DNA from: Oligoflexales bacterium
Lineage (GTDB): Bacteria; Bdellovibrionota_B; Oligoflexia; Oligoflexales; JALZUQ01
Direction of reading: 5' to 3'
Assembly (NCBI GenBank): GCA_023301565.1
Contig: JALZUO010000008.1
Location: 37,045-101,044 of the forward strand
DNA: 64,000 bases
The translations under genes and the position numbers were made by a program. Of this stretch, positions 46,080 to 55,171 are shown in pieces (the stretch's first letter is position 1; each line of letters begins with the position of its first letter). The notes under the pieces were generated by a model that was given only the letters and a program-made list of their open reading frames with translations, did no database searches and was not told the DNA's origin.

Positions 46080-47975
46080 CTACGGACCCTTCGTAAGTAC
46101 CAGGTATTGAACGGCGATGGTAAAAGCTTCTCTTTCAAATAGGCTGTCCATAGGGTGTATTCGTTCTCTTTGCCAGGTTGGGTAATGTCTGTTTCTTATT
46201 AGGGTGCTTTTCTTCTTCGCTATATTGTCAATCTCTGTATAAGATACTTTTATACCTGCTTTTAAATCAGAAGCTGCGGCTAGTTCACTAAGTGCTTCTC
46301 TACTTTTTTTCCAAGCTTTAGATGAGGACAGCCGTTGTTGGGAGTACGATTTCAACTGATCGACAAGTGGGGAGTCCAAGTACCCCGTCATTGATTTGTA
46401 TGTACTATCAATGCTCTTCTTTGGGTCTAAAGCAAACATAGATTCCTCCTCGATCGTTTCGGTAATTGGCTTTTGCATCTTAGGAATAACTACATGAGGC
46501 TCCACTCCATATTTTTGGCACGAAGATCCCTTCGGGCAGAAAAATTCAAACACAGTTGTTTTAAGACCAAACTCTCTATTTGCGCTTTTTCCAAAAAGCT
46601 TGTGAAGCTCACCGCCAACGTTGACTCCGCGTAGTGTTTGGCCAGTGCCTTTTCCGTATGTTTTTTTGGATCCGATTAACAAACCACGCATCGCAGACTT
46701 CATAGTCATAGAGAAAAGCTCAGAAGCGCTACCACTCTCGCTATCTGTAAGTATAACAAGGTTTTCTTTATAGACAGGCCTTTTGTTCTTTAAGTTTAGG
46801 CCAATAGCTTTCGCATATTTTTCTTTGCATTTAATGCTTTGTGTTTTTGGAGTGTCACTGGTTTTGTGTAAATCAAGGTTTTTAGTATTGGATAGTATTA
46901 TGCCGAGGTTCCTGGCGCCAAGAAAAACTCTATTCAAACACGCTGCTTCCATGAGTGAGCCACCAGAGTTGTTTCGTAAATCAACGATTAGTAAGTTTGG
47001 TTCTTTCTTAAAGCCTTTGATAGCCTTTAGAACGTCTTGTGTGACGCTTCCTCCCTGTAGGCTTTTTGGATTCTTACCATAAAAAATTGGTATAGAGATG
47101 TATCCAACTTCAACCTTTTTACCCAGTTCCTTTATGTTTAGAGCAACCGGGTATGATTTGACAGAGTCAAATGACTGCGCTGGATCTTTGGTATTTCTTC
47201 CAAAAACTTCAGTACGCAACCTAAGATAAACATCATTCGACATCCAAGAAGAGTGTGGATCATAGGCCTGCATCAAGGCATTGATGAATATCAGCATTCT
47301 TTTTTCCGCTGTGTATTTTTGCACTCTGCTTTTTATCTGCCTAACCCTAGCATGAAATTTTTTTTTGCCTTCCAAAAGGAGCTGGGGGATGTTTTTTGGC
47401 TCAGGTGATGGGGTGTAATATAAGTGATTCAACGCATGCCATTTTGTTTGTTTTCGCCAAATTTCAGAAAAATCTTTTTCTGGGTGGAACTGCCGACCTA
47501 ACGATAAAAAGTCTTCTTCATCTAGGTCTATCATGTGTCCAGGTTTTATATATCCGCCAACTATGGAATTTATCTGATCTAGGCGATGCGAATGAATTTC
47601 AAAGTAGCGGTCGAAAAATTTGGGTTGTCCAGATGCAATTTCCTCTGCGATAGTTTTTTGGAGGAGGGCTAGCTCCCCTACATCATGTTTTGTGAAAATA
47701 GTTTTCTGCGAATCAAGTATTTTAAGTAGGTTCAAGTGAACCCTTTTTGCAACCTCAGCCGGGTCTTGGCTAAAGCTAAGCTTGCTTGGGTTGACCTCCT
47801 CAAGGATTTTAATTAAGTCTTGAAGGCTGTTCAATTCAATGCGTTCGAGGGGTGTTTGTGAAAATGCGATAGACGGAAAAAGAAAAAGAACTCCAATGAA
47901 TCTCCTGGGATATTTTAACAGCTCATCTATAGCTCTAAGTATGGTTTTGACAGGAATAGCTTTCATGAATGACAC
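46080..47975 (-). CDS. S41 family C-terminal processing peptidase (Tsp/Prc-like)
   Basis: It has LIVDLRNNSGGSL and the LTDSESGSASELFS...KGTGQ active-site region, plus a signal peptide, and is 631 aa. Confidence 0.85.
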   Translation of the reverse strand: MSFMKAIPVKTILRAIDELLKYPRRFIGVLFLFPSIAFSQTPLERIELNSLQDLIKILEEVNPSKLSFSQDPAEVAKRVHLNLLKILDSQKTIFTKHDVGELALLQKTIAEEIASGQPKFFDRYFEIHSHRLDQINSIVGGYIKPGHMIDLDEEDFLSLGRQFHPEKDFSEIWRKQTKWHALNHLYYTPSPEPKNIPQLLLEGKKKFHARVRQIKSRVQKYTAEKRMLIFINALMQAYDPHSSWMSNDVYLRLRTEVFGRNTKDPAQSFDSVKSYPVALNIKELGKKVEVGYISIPIFYGKNPKSLQGGSVTQDVLKAIKGFKKEPNLLIVDLRNNSGGSLMEAACLNRVFLGARNLGIILSNTKNLDLHKTSDTPKTQSIKCKEKYAKAIGLNLKNKRPVYKENLVILTDSESGSASELFSMTMKSAMRGLLIGSKKTYGKGTGQTLRGVNVGGELHKLFGKSANREFGLKTTVFEFFCPKGSSCQKYGVEPHVVIPKMQKPITETIEEESMFALDPKKSIDSTYKSMTGYLDSPLVDQLKSYSQQRLSSSKAWKKSREALSELAAASDLKAGIKVSYTEIDNIAKKKSTLIRNRHYPTWQRERIHPMDSLFEREAFTIAVQYLVLTKGP

Positions 47976-48236
47976 CCTTACCCAGTTTCGTTATTGGGCA
48001 GCCAGCTTAACGCTGGCTTTTGATGTAACGCAAGCGGCTTTAGAGCTTTAAGCGCTGCGTTCTTCAAAGCTTAGTATTATTCAAGGGTTGATCTGTGTTC
48101 AGAAGCCTAATCGATAGTCGAACTGCCTCTGAGATTCTTCTCTACTAGTATAAGTGTCGCGACTGGTTCATTTGAATGCATAATAGCCTGAGTTTAGAAA
48201 CGCGTAACACCGCTGGTTTTTTGTGGGTATTCTCTC

Positions 48237-49331
48237 TTAAATTTTTCTGTAGACATCCGTAATGTACATTTGGGTTTTTTCACAGTCTAAGGCACCCTGA
48301 AACTGGTCGGCACACATTTCAAATCCGCTTGTTTTTGGCCGCCATGGCATACGAAGGTAGCTTCGAACAATGGTCAAAGAGTCCTTTGCTAAGCCGCTGC
48401 TGGCCCTGTGGAGAAAGTTTTTTTCAGTCTGTCCACTAAAGTAGGAGGGGACATCCGATAGGGATAAAAAATCTATTTTGGCTGTTTGTCTTTCAGCTAC
48501 TTCAACAATATTTCCCTGCACATATTCGATGTCCGTTTGTTGAAGGTTTTTTTGCACGTCAGCAAATAATTTTTCATCGCATTCGACGGGATTGCCTTCT
48601 GGGTGCTTGATCCTCCCAAAAAACATCACTTGGAGGAAAAAATTTTCTCTTGCTAATGTATGCCTAAAAAGGTGGTCAAAAGCCTGTTTGTAATAGTTTA
48701 CGTGGGAGTAGGGGATGTTTTTTTTCGGGAAGTGGCCTTTGTACAATAGTGCGTTGAATATCCCAGCGTTTCCAAGGGCGAGAAGAACCAGCTTCCACTT
48801 TTTTTGTGGGAAGTTTTCTTTCATATAAGTTTGCTGCTCTTCTAGAGTGGTGCATTCAAAGACTTCAGCGCCAGATTTACCGGTTATTTTGCTGTTTATC
48901 TTTGCGAGTTTAGCAAATGATTTTTCCCATTTACCCTCGTAAATCAACCCGTTCCAGTCGATGGATCCATACGCTTTCTCTAAAAAATTCTTTGCTTCGG
49001 TAGAAAGGTCGAGGTTCTTAAAAACTTTCTTTCGGTTTGTACGCGACATTTCATTTCCAGCTTTAGTCGTATAACCTAAGAGACCTAAAAAGTCTTCGTG
49101 CTCTAAAATTTTTGCAGCTGCAAACCTCATTTCCGTCAGGTATAGCTGCTCGGCAGAAAGGTCAACGCAAGTTATCTTTTGAGCGCCGTTTGCTGCAATA
49201 GGCAATACCCTCCCACCACTTCCTGCAACTGATAATAGGTGATTCATGTTCCGTGGAGCGATGGCTACTTCGAATCCGGTGTCTTCATTTGCTAGGCTGT
49301 AGTTAAGTTTGTTGAAATACTGGAAACTCAT
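48237..49331 (-). CDS. DUF3419/BtaA-like protein (S-adenosylmethionine:diacylglycerol 3-amino-3-carboxypropyl transferase family)
   Basis: The N-terminal YSLANEDTGFEVAI...LSVAGSGGRVL...VDLSAEQLYL pattern is characteristic of this family. It is last in the minus-strand 4-gene operon. Confidence 0.7.
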   Translation of the reverse strand: MSFQYFNKLNYSLANEDTGFEVAIAPRNMNHLLSVAGSGGRVLPIAANGAQKITCVDLSAEQLYLTEMRFAAAKILEHEDFLGLLGYTTKAGNEMSRTNRKKVFKNLDLSTEAKNFLEKAYGSIDWNGLIYEGKWEKSFAKLAKINSKITGKSGAEVFECTTLEEQQTYMKENFPQKKWKLVLLALGNAGIFNALLYKGHFPKKNIPYSHVNYYKQAFDHLFRHTLARENFFLQVMFFGRIKHPEGNPVECDEKLFADVQKNLQQTDIEYVQGNIVEVAERQTAKIDFLSLSDVPSYFSGQTEKNFLHRASSGLAKDSLTIVRSYLRMPWRPKTSGFEMCADQFQGALDCEKTQMYITDVYRKI

Positions 49332-49361
49332 CGCGGGTGTTCCTTTTTTTATCTATGGACT

Positions 49362-51431
49362 TTAGGTTTGTGGGATTAATTGTTTTACATGTTTGCGGCA
49401 GTTTTCTACGTCACTTTCGGTAATCACCCCAAGCGGCCCCTGAATGGCCGAAAGCGAAGCCCCATGTTTTATGCCAAGTTTGTATATCTCTTTTACTTGC
49501 TCGATTTGAAGGTCGCGCCCCAACGAGAAATTCTCAAAACGACTTTCGAGCGTTAGCAGAGCAGTTTCTGCAAGGCAAGCATAGACTGATTTTCCTGGAA
49601 GTCCAATATCGCAGCTAAAGTTTAAAAGTCCAGGTAAATCAATCTCGCCACTTTCGATGACCATCACATCTGGCCTCCGCCGTGCATCTTCAGGTCCAAC
49701 ATCCAAAGGTCTTGAGCAGTCACATACCACAGCTCCCGGCTTTAGCAGGTCCATATCAAGTACCTTTTCATTTTGTGCGGAGGTAGCTGTAACCACAAGA
49801 TCTACATCTCGCAGCTCGTCGATGACTTTGGTTTTAATCTGTACTTTAGTTCCTGGGTATTTTTCTAGAATCTCCTGTTTCAACTCTAATAGCCTATCTG
49901 GCCTGGTGGCTACTAGTAATAGCTCGTCATAGACCGTTGCCAGAAGCATAGTCGATACTTTTCCAATGCTTCCGGTAGCGCCAATGACGGCAGCTTTGCC
50001 TCGAATCCTTCGGTCGTTGATCTTGCGGCTGACAAACCCAAGTCTGTCAACCATCGCTCTTGCTGCCCAAAGGGTTGCTGAAGCTGAATAGGAGTTTCCA
50101 TTTGTCACGGGGATTGGAGACCTATTAGCTACTGTGATGCCGCTATCTCCGACAACTTTAGTATATGCCCCCAGACCCATCATAGAGCAGCCAGAAAGAT
50201 GTGCTGTTTTTGCCACGTCTACCAGCCGTTTGTATATAAACTCTTCTTTCATGGCCAGCATGCGTTTGGGCGTGGCTGGAATGGCATAAAGTTCGCAAAG
50301 GATTTCTTGTCCTGTCGCTTTGCTTTTAATTCCAGAAATCGTGCCGTGGGAGATGGCGGGGAGATAAGCTACGCAGGACTCTGCAAGGTTTTGCACCTTT
50401 TGTGGGGTGCTTTCTATCCATTTTAGCTTTGGGTTACGAAAAATATCTTTTCTACTTAGTGGGTGTATCACAAAGGCAAACCTCTGAAAGCTAAGTCCCA
50501 GGTTCTCTACTTTTTTTGGTTTTACTTCATACTTGCCGATTAGGTTCATTATGTAATCGTTAAAGCTGTCTTGTGAGTCCTGTGTGATACGTAGTTGATC
50601 TACAATTGCTTGCATGGCCGAAAACGACTTAAATTTTTGAACCTTTATACCAGGTATGTCGGGTGATATCTCTAGAATGCGAGAAACCCCGGACGCCTTT
50701 AGCTTGTCTTTTAGTTTTGGTGGGATAAAATCAACAACCAAGGTTTTACCTTTTAAAACATCAAAGCTACCGATTTGATCTAGAAGGGATCCAAAACTGA
50801 CAAACATGTCTGATGCTTTGATCCATGATCTTAAGCGGTTCATCGAGTTGTAGTCTTTTTTAGTAATTAGCGGTCTGCTTTTAGGGTGCCAGTTTGAAAT
50901 AATGGGTTTTAGCCACTGTAGCAGTGTCCCTAGACGCTCCAGAGACTTAATTTTAAAGGGTAAACCAGCCATTACCAGAGCGTCAGCGCAGATAACGTTT
51001 GCTCCAGCATCGGCAATGTTTTGCAGAAATGGGCTTGAAACAGCAAAATGAAAGAGTACTTTTTTTGCGTTAAAGAATTGTGGTTCTTTTTTAAGAACTT
51101 GTTTTAGAGTCCAATCGGCAAAAATCTTTCTAAGTTCAACCCCGGTGTAAAGCGGGGATGTTTGCACCATACGCATTAAATCTCGGGTTGCTCTGTGGTA
51201 AGCTACCTTTTTTCCAGCTTGAACACGCGTAACCAAGCCATTGATAGCTATCGCATCTGCATAGCCGTCAAACTGCTTGATTAGTGTTGCCGCTGCCTTA
51301 AAATTCCACCCGATGCTGTGCGTGATGATTGTAAACTGTACCCCTTGGACGTCGATCACTTCTTTGTGGGGGATGTCCTCGACCAAAAAGTTCAAAATCA
51401 CAATAATTCGTTGTTTTTGATTTTTTTTCAT
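49362..51431 (-). CDS. Fusion protein: unknown ~330-aa N-domain plus acyl-ACP reductase (AAR)-like NAD(P)-binding C-domain
   Basis: The C-terminal half is collinear with cyanobacterial acyl-ACP reductase (FAFVIHPLS, GLGAYTKVV, TNGNSYSASA, AAVIGATGSIGKV, YACLAETALL with the conserved Cys, NFSLGRDLQIEQVKEI). Confidence 0.7.
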   Translation of the reverse strand: MKKNQKQRIIVILNFLVEDIPHKEVIDVQGVQFTIITHSIGWNFKAAATLIKQFDGYADAIAINGLVTRVQAGKKVAYHRATRDLMRMVQTSPLYTGVELRKIFADWTLKQVLKKEPQFFNAKKVLFHFAVSSPFLQNIADAGANVICADALVMAGLPFKIKSLERLGTLLQWLKPIISNWHPKSRPLITKKDYNSMNRLRSWIKASDMFVSFGSLLDQIGSFDVLKGKTLVVDFIPPKLKDKLKASGVSRILEISPDIPGIKVQKFKSFSAMQAIVDQLRITQDSQDSFNDYIMNLIGKYEVKPKKVENLGLSFQRFAFVIHPLSRKDIFRNPKLKWIESTPQKVQNLAESCVAYLPAISHGTISGIKSKATGQEILCELYAIPATPKRMLAMKEEFIYKRLVDVAKTAHLSGCSMMGLGAYTKVVGDSGITVANRSPIPVTNGNSYSASATLWAARAMVDRLGFVSRKINDRRIRGKAAVIGATGSIGKVSTMLLATVYDELLLVATRPDRLLELKQEILEKYPGTKVQIKTKVIDELRDVDLVVTATSAQNEKVLDMDLLKPGAVVCDCSRPLDVGPEDARRRPDVMVIESGEIDLPGLLNFSCDIGLPGKSVYACLAETALLTLESRFENFSLGRDLQIEQVKEIYKLGIKHGASLSAIQGPLGVITESDVENCRKHVKQLIPQT

Positions 51432-52423
51432 GTTTGGTTCTCCGCGCCTTTAAACATCGCCTTTTCGTATGATTTAAATGCAGGGATTCTGCAGTCGTGA
51501 AAATCTTTTTCGAATTCTGAGTTTTCGAGTTGAGGTGTGTCAGCAGCATATTGAAAAATATCTCGCGGAGTGTTTGTAATGTATCCGACCAGGCTAGATA
51601 GCCTGTCTCCAAGCACTGGCAAGTAAACCATTCTATTTGTTAAGCCAAACTGTTTTTTCAGAGCTTTCGCAAAAGTGTGAACCCGAGTACTTTTTTTGTT
51701 GTATACACCGTAGATCTTTCGTTCAATGCCAATTTTGTGCAATGCTTCGTGCAGTACTTTTGCTGCGCTATCGACGGGGACAAACGGTAGAAAAGATTTC
51801 TTGTCAGCAAAAAACGGAATAGGAATCTTTGTAAATGAAAGTGTTTTTGACAATTTTTTTAAGGCTCTATAATTATAGTAGGGGCCATCAACTTTTTGTA
51901 TTTTTCCAGACTTCGAATCACCCACGAGAACCCCTAAGCGAAAAACGGTCCAATCAAACCTGGTGTTTGTCAGGCATTTTTCAGCAATAGCTTTGGTTCT
52001 AGCGTAGGAAAACTTTGCTTCTGGAAGTGCCGTGATAGGACCCTCCGGAAGATTCAGTCCCCACTGGTCTACGCCTACTGCATAGGTTGATGAAAAGAAG
52101 ATTTTGGGCTTACTGTTTGAACTCATCACCCATGAAATTAAGTTTGAAGTAGAAACCACATTTTGTACGTAATTCAAGCTTTCGTCTTTATCAAAGTCGT
52201 ACAAGCCTGCTAGGTGATAAATAGCATCAAAATCACATATAATAGTTTCGTGCAGCTCTGATATTTTCGTTAAATCAGCGCAGATAACCTTAACTTTTTT
52301 GTTTGTGTAGCTTGGGTTGCTTCGACTAACTATGGTGATTTCTGAAACTTTTTCGTCATCTACAAGATTTTCCATAAGTTTGGAGCCCAAAAAACCTGTA
52401 GCACCTGTAACAAATATTTTCAT
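51428..52423 (-). CDS. NAD-dependent epimerase/dehydratase-family SDR
   Basis: It has VTGATGFLGSKL and YARTK (YxxxK) motifs, and 4-nt overlaps with both neighbouring genes. Confidence 0.85.
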   Translation of the reverse strand: MKIFVTGATGFLGSKLMENLVDDEKVSEITIVSRSNPSYTNKKVKVICADLTKISELHETIICDFDAIYHLAGLYDFDKDESLNYVQNVVSTSNLISWVMSSNSKPKIFFSSTYAVGVDQWGLNLPEGPITALPEAKFSYARTKAIAEKCLTNTRFDWTVFRLGVLVGDSKSGKIQKVDGPYYNYRALKKLSKTLSFTKIPIPFFADKKSFLPFVPVDSAAKVLHEALHKIGIERKIYGVYNKKSTRVHTFAKALKKQFGLTNRMVYLPVLGDRLSSLVGYITNTPRDIFQYAADTPQLENSEFEKDFHDCRIPAFKSYEKAMFKGAENQT

Positions 52424-53361
52424 GACCGGATCAGCTCCACTGCGTGTATGGGTTCAAGCAACGTTAATGCGTGGTGTTTGACCTTGAATTTTAAAAAAGG
52501 TGCTTCAAGAATCACCTCACCGTCACCAAACACCTTTATGTGCTTGCCTTTTATGGACGTTACTTTGCATTCTTTAGTTTGAATCACGTAACTATTAGAA
52601 ACCCCTAGTCTGGTCTTGCTTTTAACCAGTGAGCTTATGAGCTCGTAGCGTTTGTTTGCCGATGTGACTATAAATTCAAATTTCCCATCATCTGGTTTTG
52701 ACTCATCGCAGGCAAGGATGTTGCCGCCTAGTGTGGACTGATTGCATGCAAAAAAAGAAGAAACATCGATATCTTCCATGAACCCAGGTGCCTCGATCCG
52801 GACTTTATGCATGAATTTTCTGCTTGTCATTATTTCTTTTATTGCAATAAATGAATAAGCTTTACTCTTGTACTTCTTCCACAGCAGTCGAAACCAGCTG
52901 TATTTTTCTCTATAGTTATTTACATGTCCTGCGAGTTCGGAGCCAATTCCAAATCCGCCTACCGTAGCAAAGGGTATTCTATTGACGGTCAACACATCGA
53001 CTTTTTTGAAACTAGCATTTGCCAGAGAGCTTTTTAGGAGCTCTGGGTCCGCACGCCAGCCGTGTTGTCTAGAAAAATCATTTGCCGTGCCTGTTGGGTA
53101 GGGGATTACAGGTACCTTTGCCGTAATCAAAGCGGGTAGCAACCTATTTAAGGTTCCATCACCACCTGCGATAATTGTAGCAAGTACTGAGCCAGGTTTT
53201 TGTTTTTTTAGAAAGCTAGAGGTCTCTTCGATAGAGCCAGAGGTGCACCAGTCTATCTGGAATCCTTTTAGGGCTTGTCTCAGTTCTTTATAAAGCACCT
53301 CTGAAGCCCGCTGACCAGCAGAAGGATTTACAACAATGGCAACTTTGGCTTTTGTCTTCAA
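52420..53361 (-). CDS. Diacylglycerol-kinase-catalytic-domain lipid kinase (YegS/LCB5-like)
   Basis: It has IIAGGDGTLNRLL and PTGTANDFSR motifs, and is first in the minus-strand operon. Confidence 0.85.
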   Translation of the reverse strand: MKTKAKVAIVVNPSAGQRASEVLYKELRQALKGFQIDWCTSGSIEETSSFLKKQKPGSVLATIIAGGDGTLNRLLPALITAKVPVIPYPTGTANDFSRQHGWRADPELLKSSLANASFKKVDVLTVNRIPFATVGGFGIGSELAGHVNNYREKYSWFRLLWKKYKSKAYSFIAIKEIMTSRKFMHKVRIEAPGFMEDIDVSSFFACNQSTLGGNILACDESKPDDGKFEFIVTSANKRYELISSLVKSKTRLGVSNSYVIQTKECKVTSIKGKHIKVFGDGEVILEAPFLKFKVKHHALTLLEPIHAVELIRS

Positions 53362-53637
53362 TTATGACCCCTTTTTAAGGTTTATATGCTGAAGATTACT
53401 TCTATGGCTACAAAGAATTGCTTTAAACAGGTGGCAGCTTGTCGCACCTAAGCGGGGTGAGGATAAAATCTATAAAATACAGTGACTTGTAAGCTCGTTC
53501 GCACTGGTAGCTTGATTTTGTGGCGTTTTTGGGGCCATTGCCCTTTGTGTGATCTGCGAAAAAATGCTTTAAATCCGGTGAGGTTCCAATAGGTATAAAT
53601 GGGTTAAGTTTGCGCTTAGCCGAAGAGAGAGGGCGTT
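53362..53637. promoter_or_regulatory. Divergent control region of the lipid-type divergon
   Basis: This is a 276-bp spacer between the head-to-head 4-gene (minus) and 7-gene (plus) operons. No promoter hexamers could be assigned confidently. Confidence 0.35.
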
Positions 53638-54387
53638 TTGCTAAAAGCAGTGGTGGTAACATCTCAGTTGCACTTTGTTCCCGGAAACTATTCTGGATTT
53701 TTAGGTGCACTTGCTAAATGTCCACAGATTCACGGGATGATTGTGCTGAACAACCTTGAGGCGAAATACCTTTTAAAAGCTTCAGCTTTGTTTTTTGCTG
53801 GAGCAACTAGCACTGGTTCAAACCTTGCCAAAAACTACTTTAGGGCCCTCATAGGGAACCAGAAGTCAGTGTGGGAAAGCCAGGGTAAAAAAGTTTGGCA
53901 GTTTGATCATATCAACGACCCTGCCGTCACGCAGCTAGTGAAGGATCAAGAAGTTGATCTTTTGGTGAATGCTAGGACCAGGTTTATTTATAAAGAAGCA
54001 ATTTTAAAAGCGCCGACCTATGGTTGTATTAATATTCATCATGGGCTGCTTCCCGACCAGCGTGGGACTATGTGTGATTTATGGTCTCTTGCCGAAGGCA
54101 GGGAGGCTGGTTTCTCCATACACCTAATGAATCAAAAAATCGATGATGGTGGAATACTCGGGACTTTCCCTGTAGCGGCCGCAGGCTCAGAAAAAAGCTA
54201 TGAGGGCTACCTGCAAAGGTCTGAACGCGTCGAAGCTCAAGCCATTAAGGGAGTGTTGGCCTCTATTGAAAAACAGGGGCAGATCCCTCCAACAAAAACA
54301 AACGTGCGGTTGAAAAACAGACCCCACTATAAGAATCCGACCCTTTGGCAGATTGGGCAGTTTCGCAGGCAGGGGTTAAAACTATGA
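53638..54387 (+). CDS. Formyltransferase-domain protein (Fmt/ArnA N-domain-like)
   Basis: INIHHGLLPDQRGTM (the HxxLLPxxRG motif) and IDDGGIL match the formyl_trans_N catalytic core. It has a TTG start. Confidence 0.75.
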   Translation: MLKAVVVTSQLHFVPGNYSGFLGALAKCPQIHGMIVLNNLEAKYLLKASALFFAGATSTGSNLAKNYFRALIGNQKSVWESQGKKVWQFDHINDPAVTQLVKDQEVDLLVNARTRFIYKEAILKAPTYGCINIHHGLLPDQRGTMCDLWSLAEGREAGFSIHLMNQKIDDGGILGTFPVAAAGSEKSYEGYLQRSERVEAQAIKGVLASIEKQGQIPPTKTNVRLKNRPHYKNPTLWQIGQFRRQGLKL

Positions 54388-55154
54388 ACAGCTTTTTGCT
54401 TTATTGTATTCATGGAATTCCTGGTGACACAGGTGATTTTGATGTAGTCGGACAGGGCTTAGCCGGGACGGAGTTCTTGGCCTCAGGGAGCTCTGCTGCA
54501 GAAATGCGTACTTTCAATATGGAAGCTGAGGTTTCTTTAGACCGCCTTACAGGTAGACTTGCTAAAAACATTGAACATCAAAAACCTGATGTCATAATGG
54601 CTTACTCTTGGGGTGCTTACTTAGTTCTTAAAACATTTGAAATGCACCCAAAAGCTTTTGAAGGAAGAAAAGTTTTTTTCATCAATCCAACAATTTTATT
54701 AACGGAAAAATTAGGGTTCGTAAGTAAACTTTTGGCTAGGAGCTCTGTTCTCGCTAGAGTTGTGTTTTTACTTTTATCCAAAAATCTTGCGCGAAAACAT
54801 TTAGCAAAATCCATAGCGCCTGGGAAAGTTGATGATGCGCTGTGGCAGCGGCTTTTTGTTCGCTATCAAGGCAGTAGGCTTTGGTGGCTGGCTCTAAAAC
54901 GCAAACAGCTTATGAGCAAGTTTCCATTAAAAAAACTTAGCTGTGAAATAGAGAAGGCTAGCTTAGATGTCCTAGGCTGGATTGTCGGAGAAAAAGACTT
55001 GTCCGTACCGTATGAGCCGCAGTTAAAGGTTGCAGCTTTGGCGGGGATCAACACTGCTCAGGTTAAGGTGGTTGCAGGTGCAGGGCATGGTCTCTTGTGG
55101 ACAAATGCAAATGAAATTATAGAAGCAACTTTGTCTGGACAGCAGAAAACCTAA
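54384..55154 (+). CDS. Alpha/beta hydrolase
   Basis: ATGA overlap links it to the preceding gene. It has a nucleophile elbow (AYSWGAY) and a C-terminal GAGHGLLW His motif. Confidence 0.7.
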   Translation: MNSFLLYCIHGIPGDTGDFDVVGQGLAGTEFLASGSSAAEMRTFNMEAEVSLDRLTGRLAKNIEHQKPDVIMAYSWGAYLVLKTFEMHPKAFEGRKVFFINPTILLTEKLGFVSKLLARSSVLARVVFLLLSKNLARKHLAKSIAPGKVDDALWQRLFVRYQGSRLWWLALKRKQLMSKFPLKKLSCEIEKASLDVLGWIVGEKDLSVPYEPQLKVAALAGINTAQVKVVAGAGHGLLWTNANEIIEATLSGQQKT

Positions 55155-55171
55155 AAGAAAATGGGAAAAAA

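Noticed and set aside
53423-53710. 95-aa minus-strand ORF in the divergent spacer of the lipid-type divergon
   Set aside because: It overlaps the formyltransferase start, has no SD and unremarkable composition. It is most likely a chance ORF in an intergenic control region.
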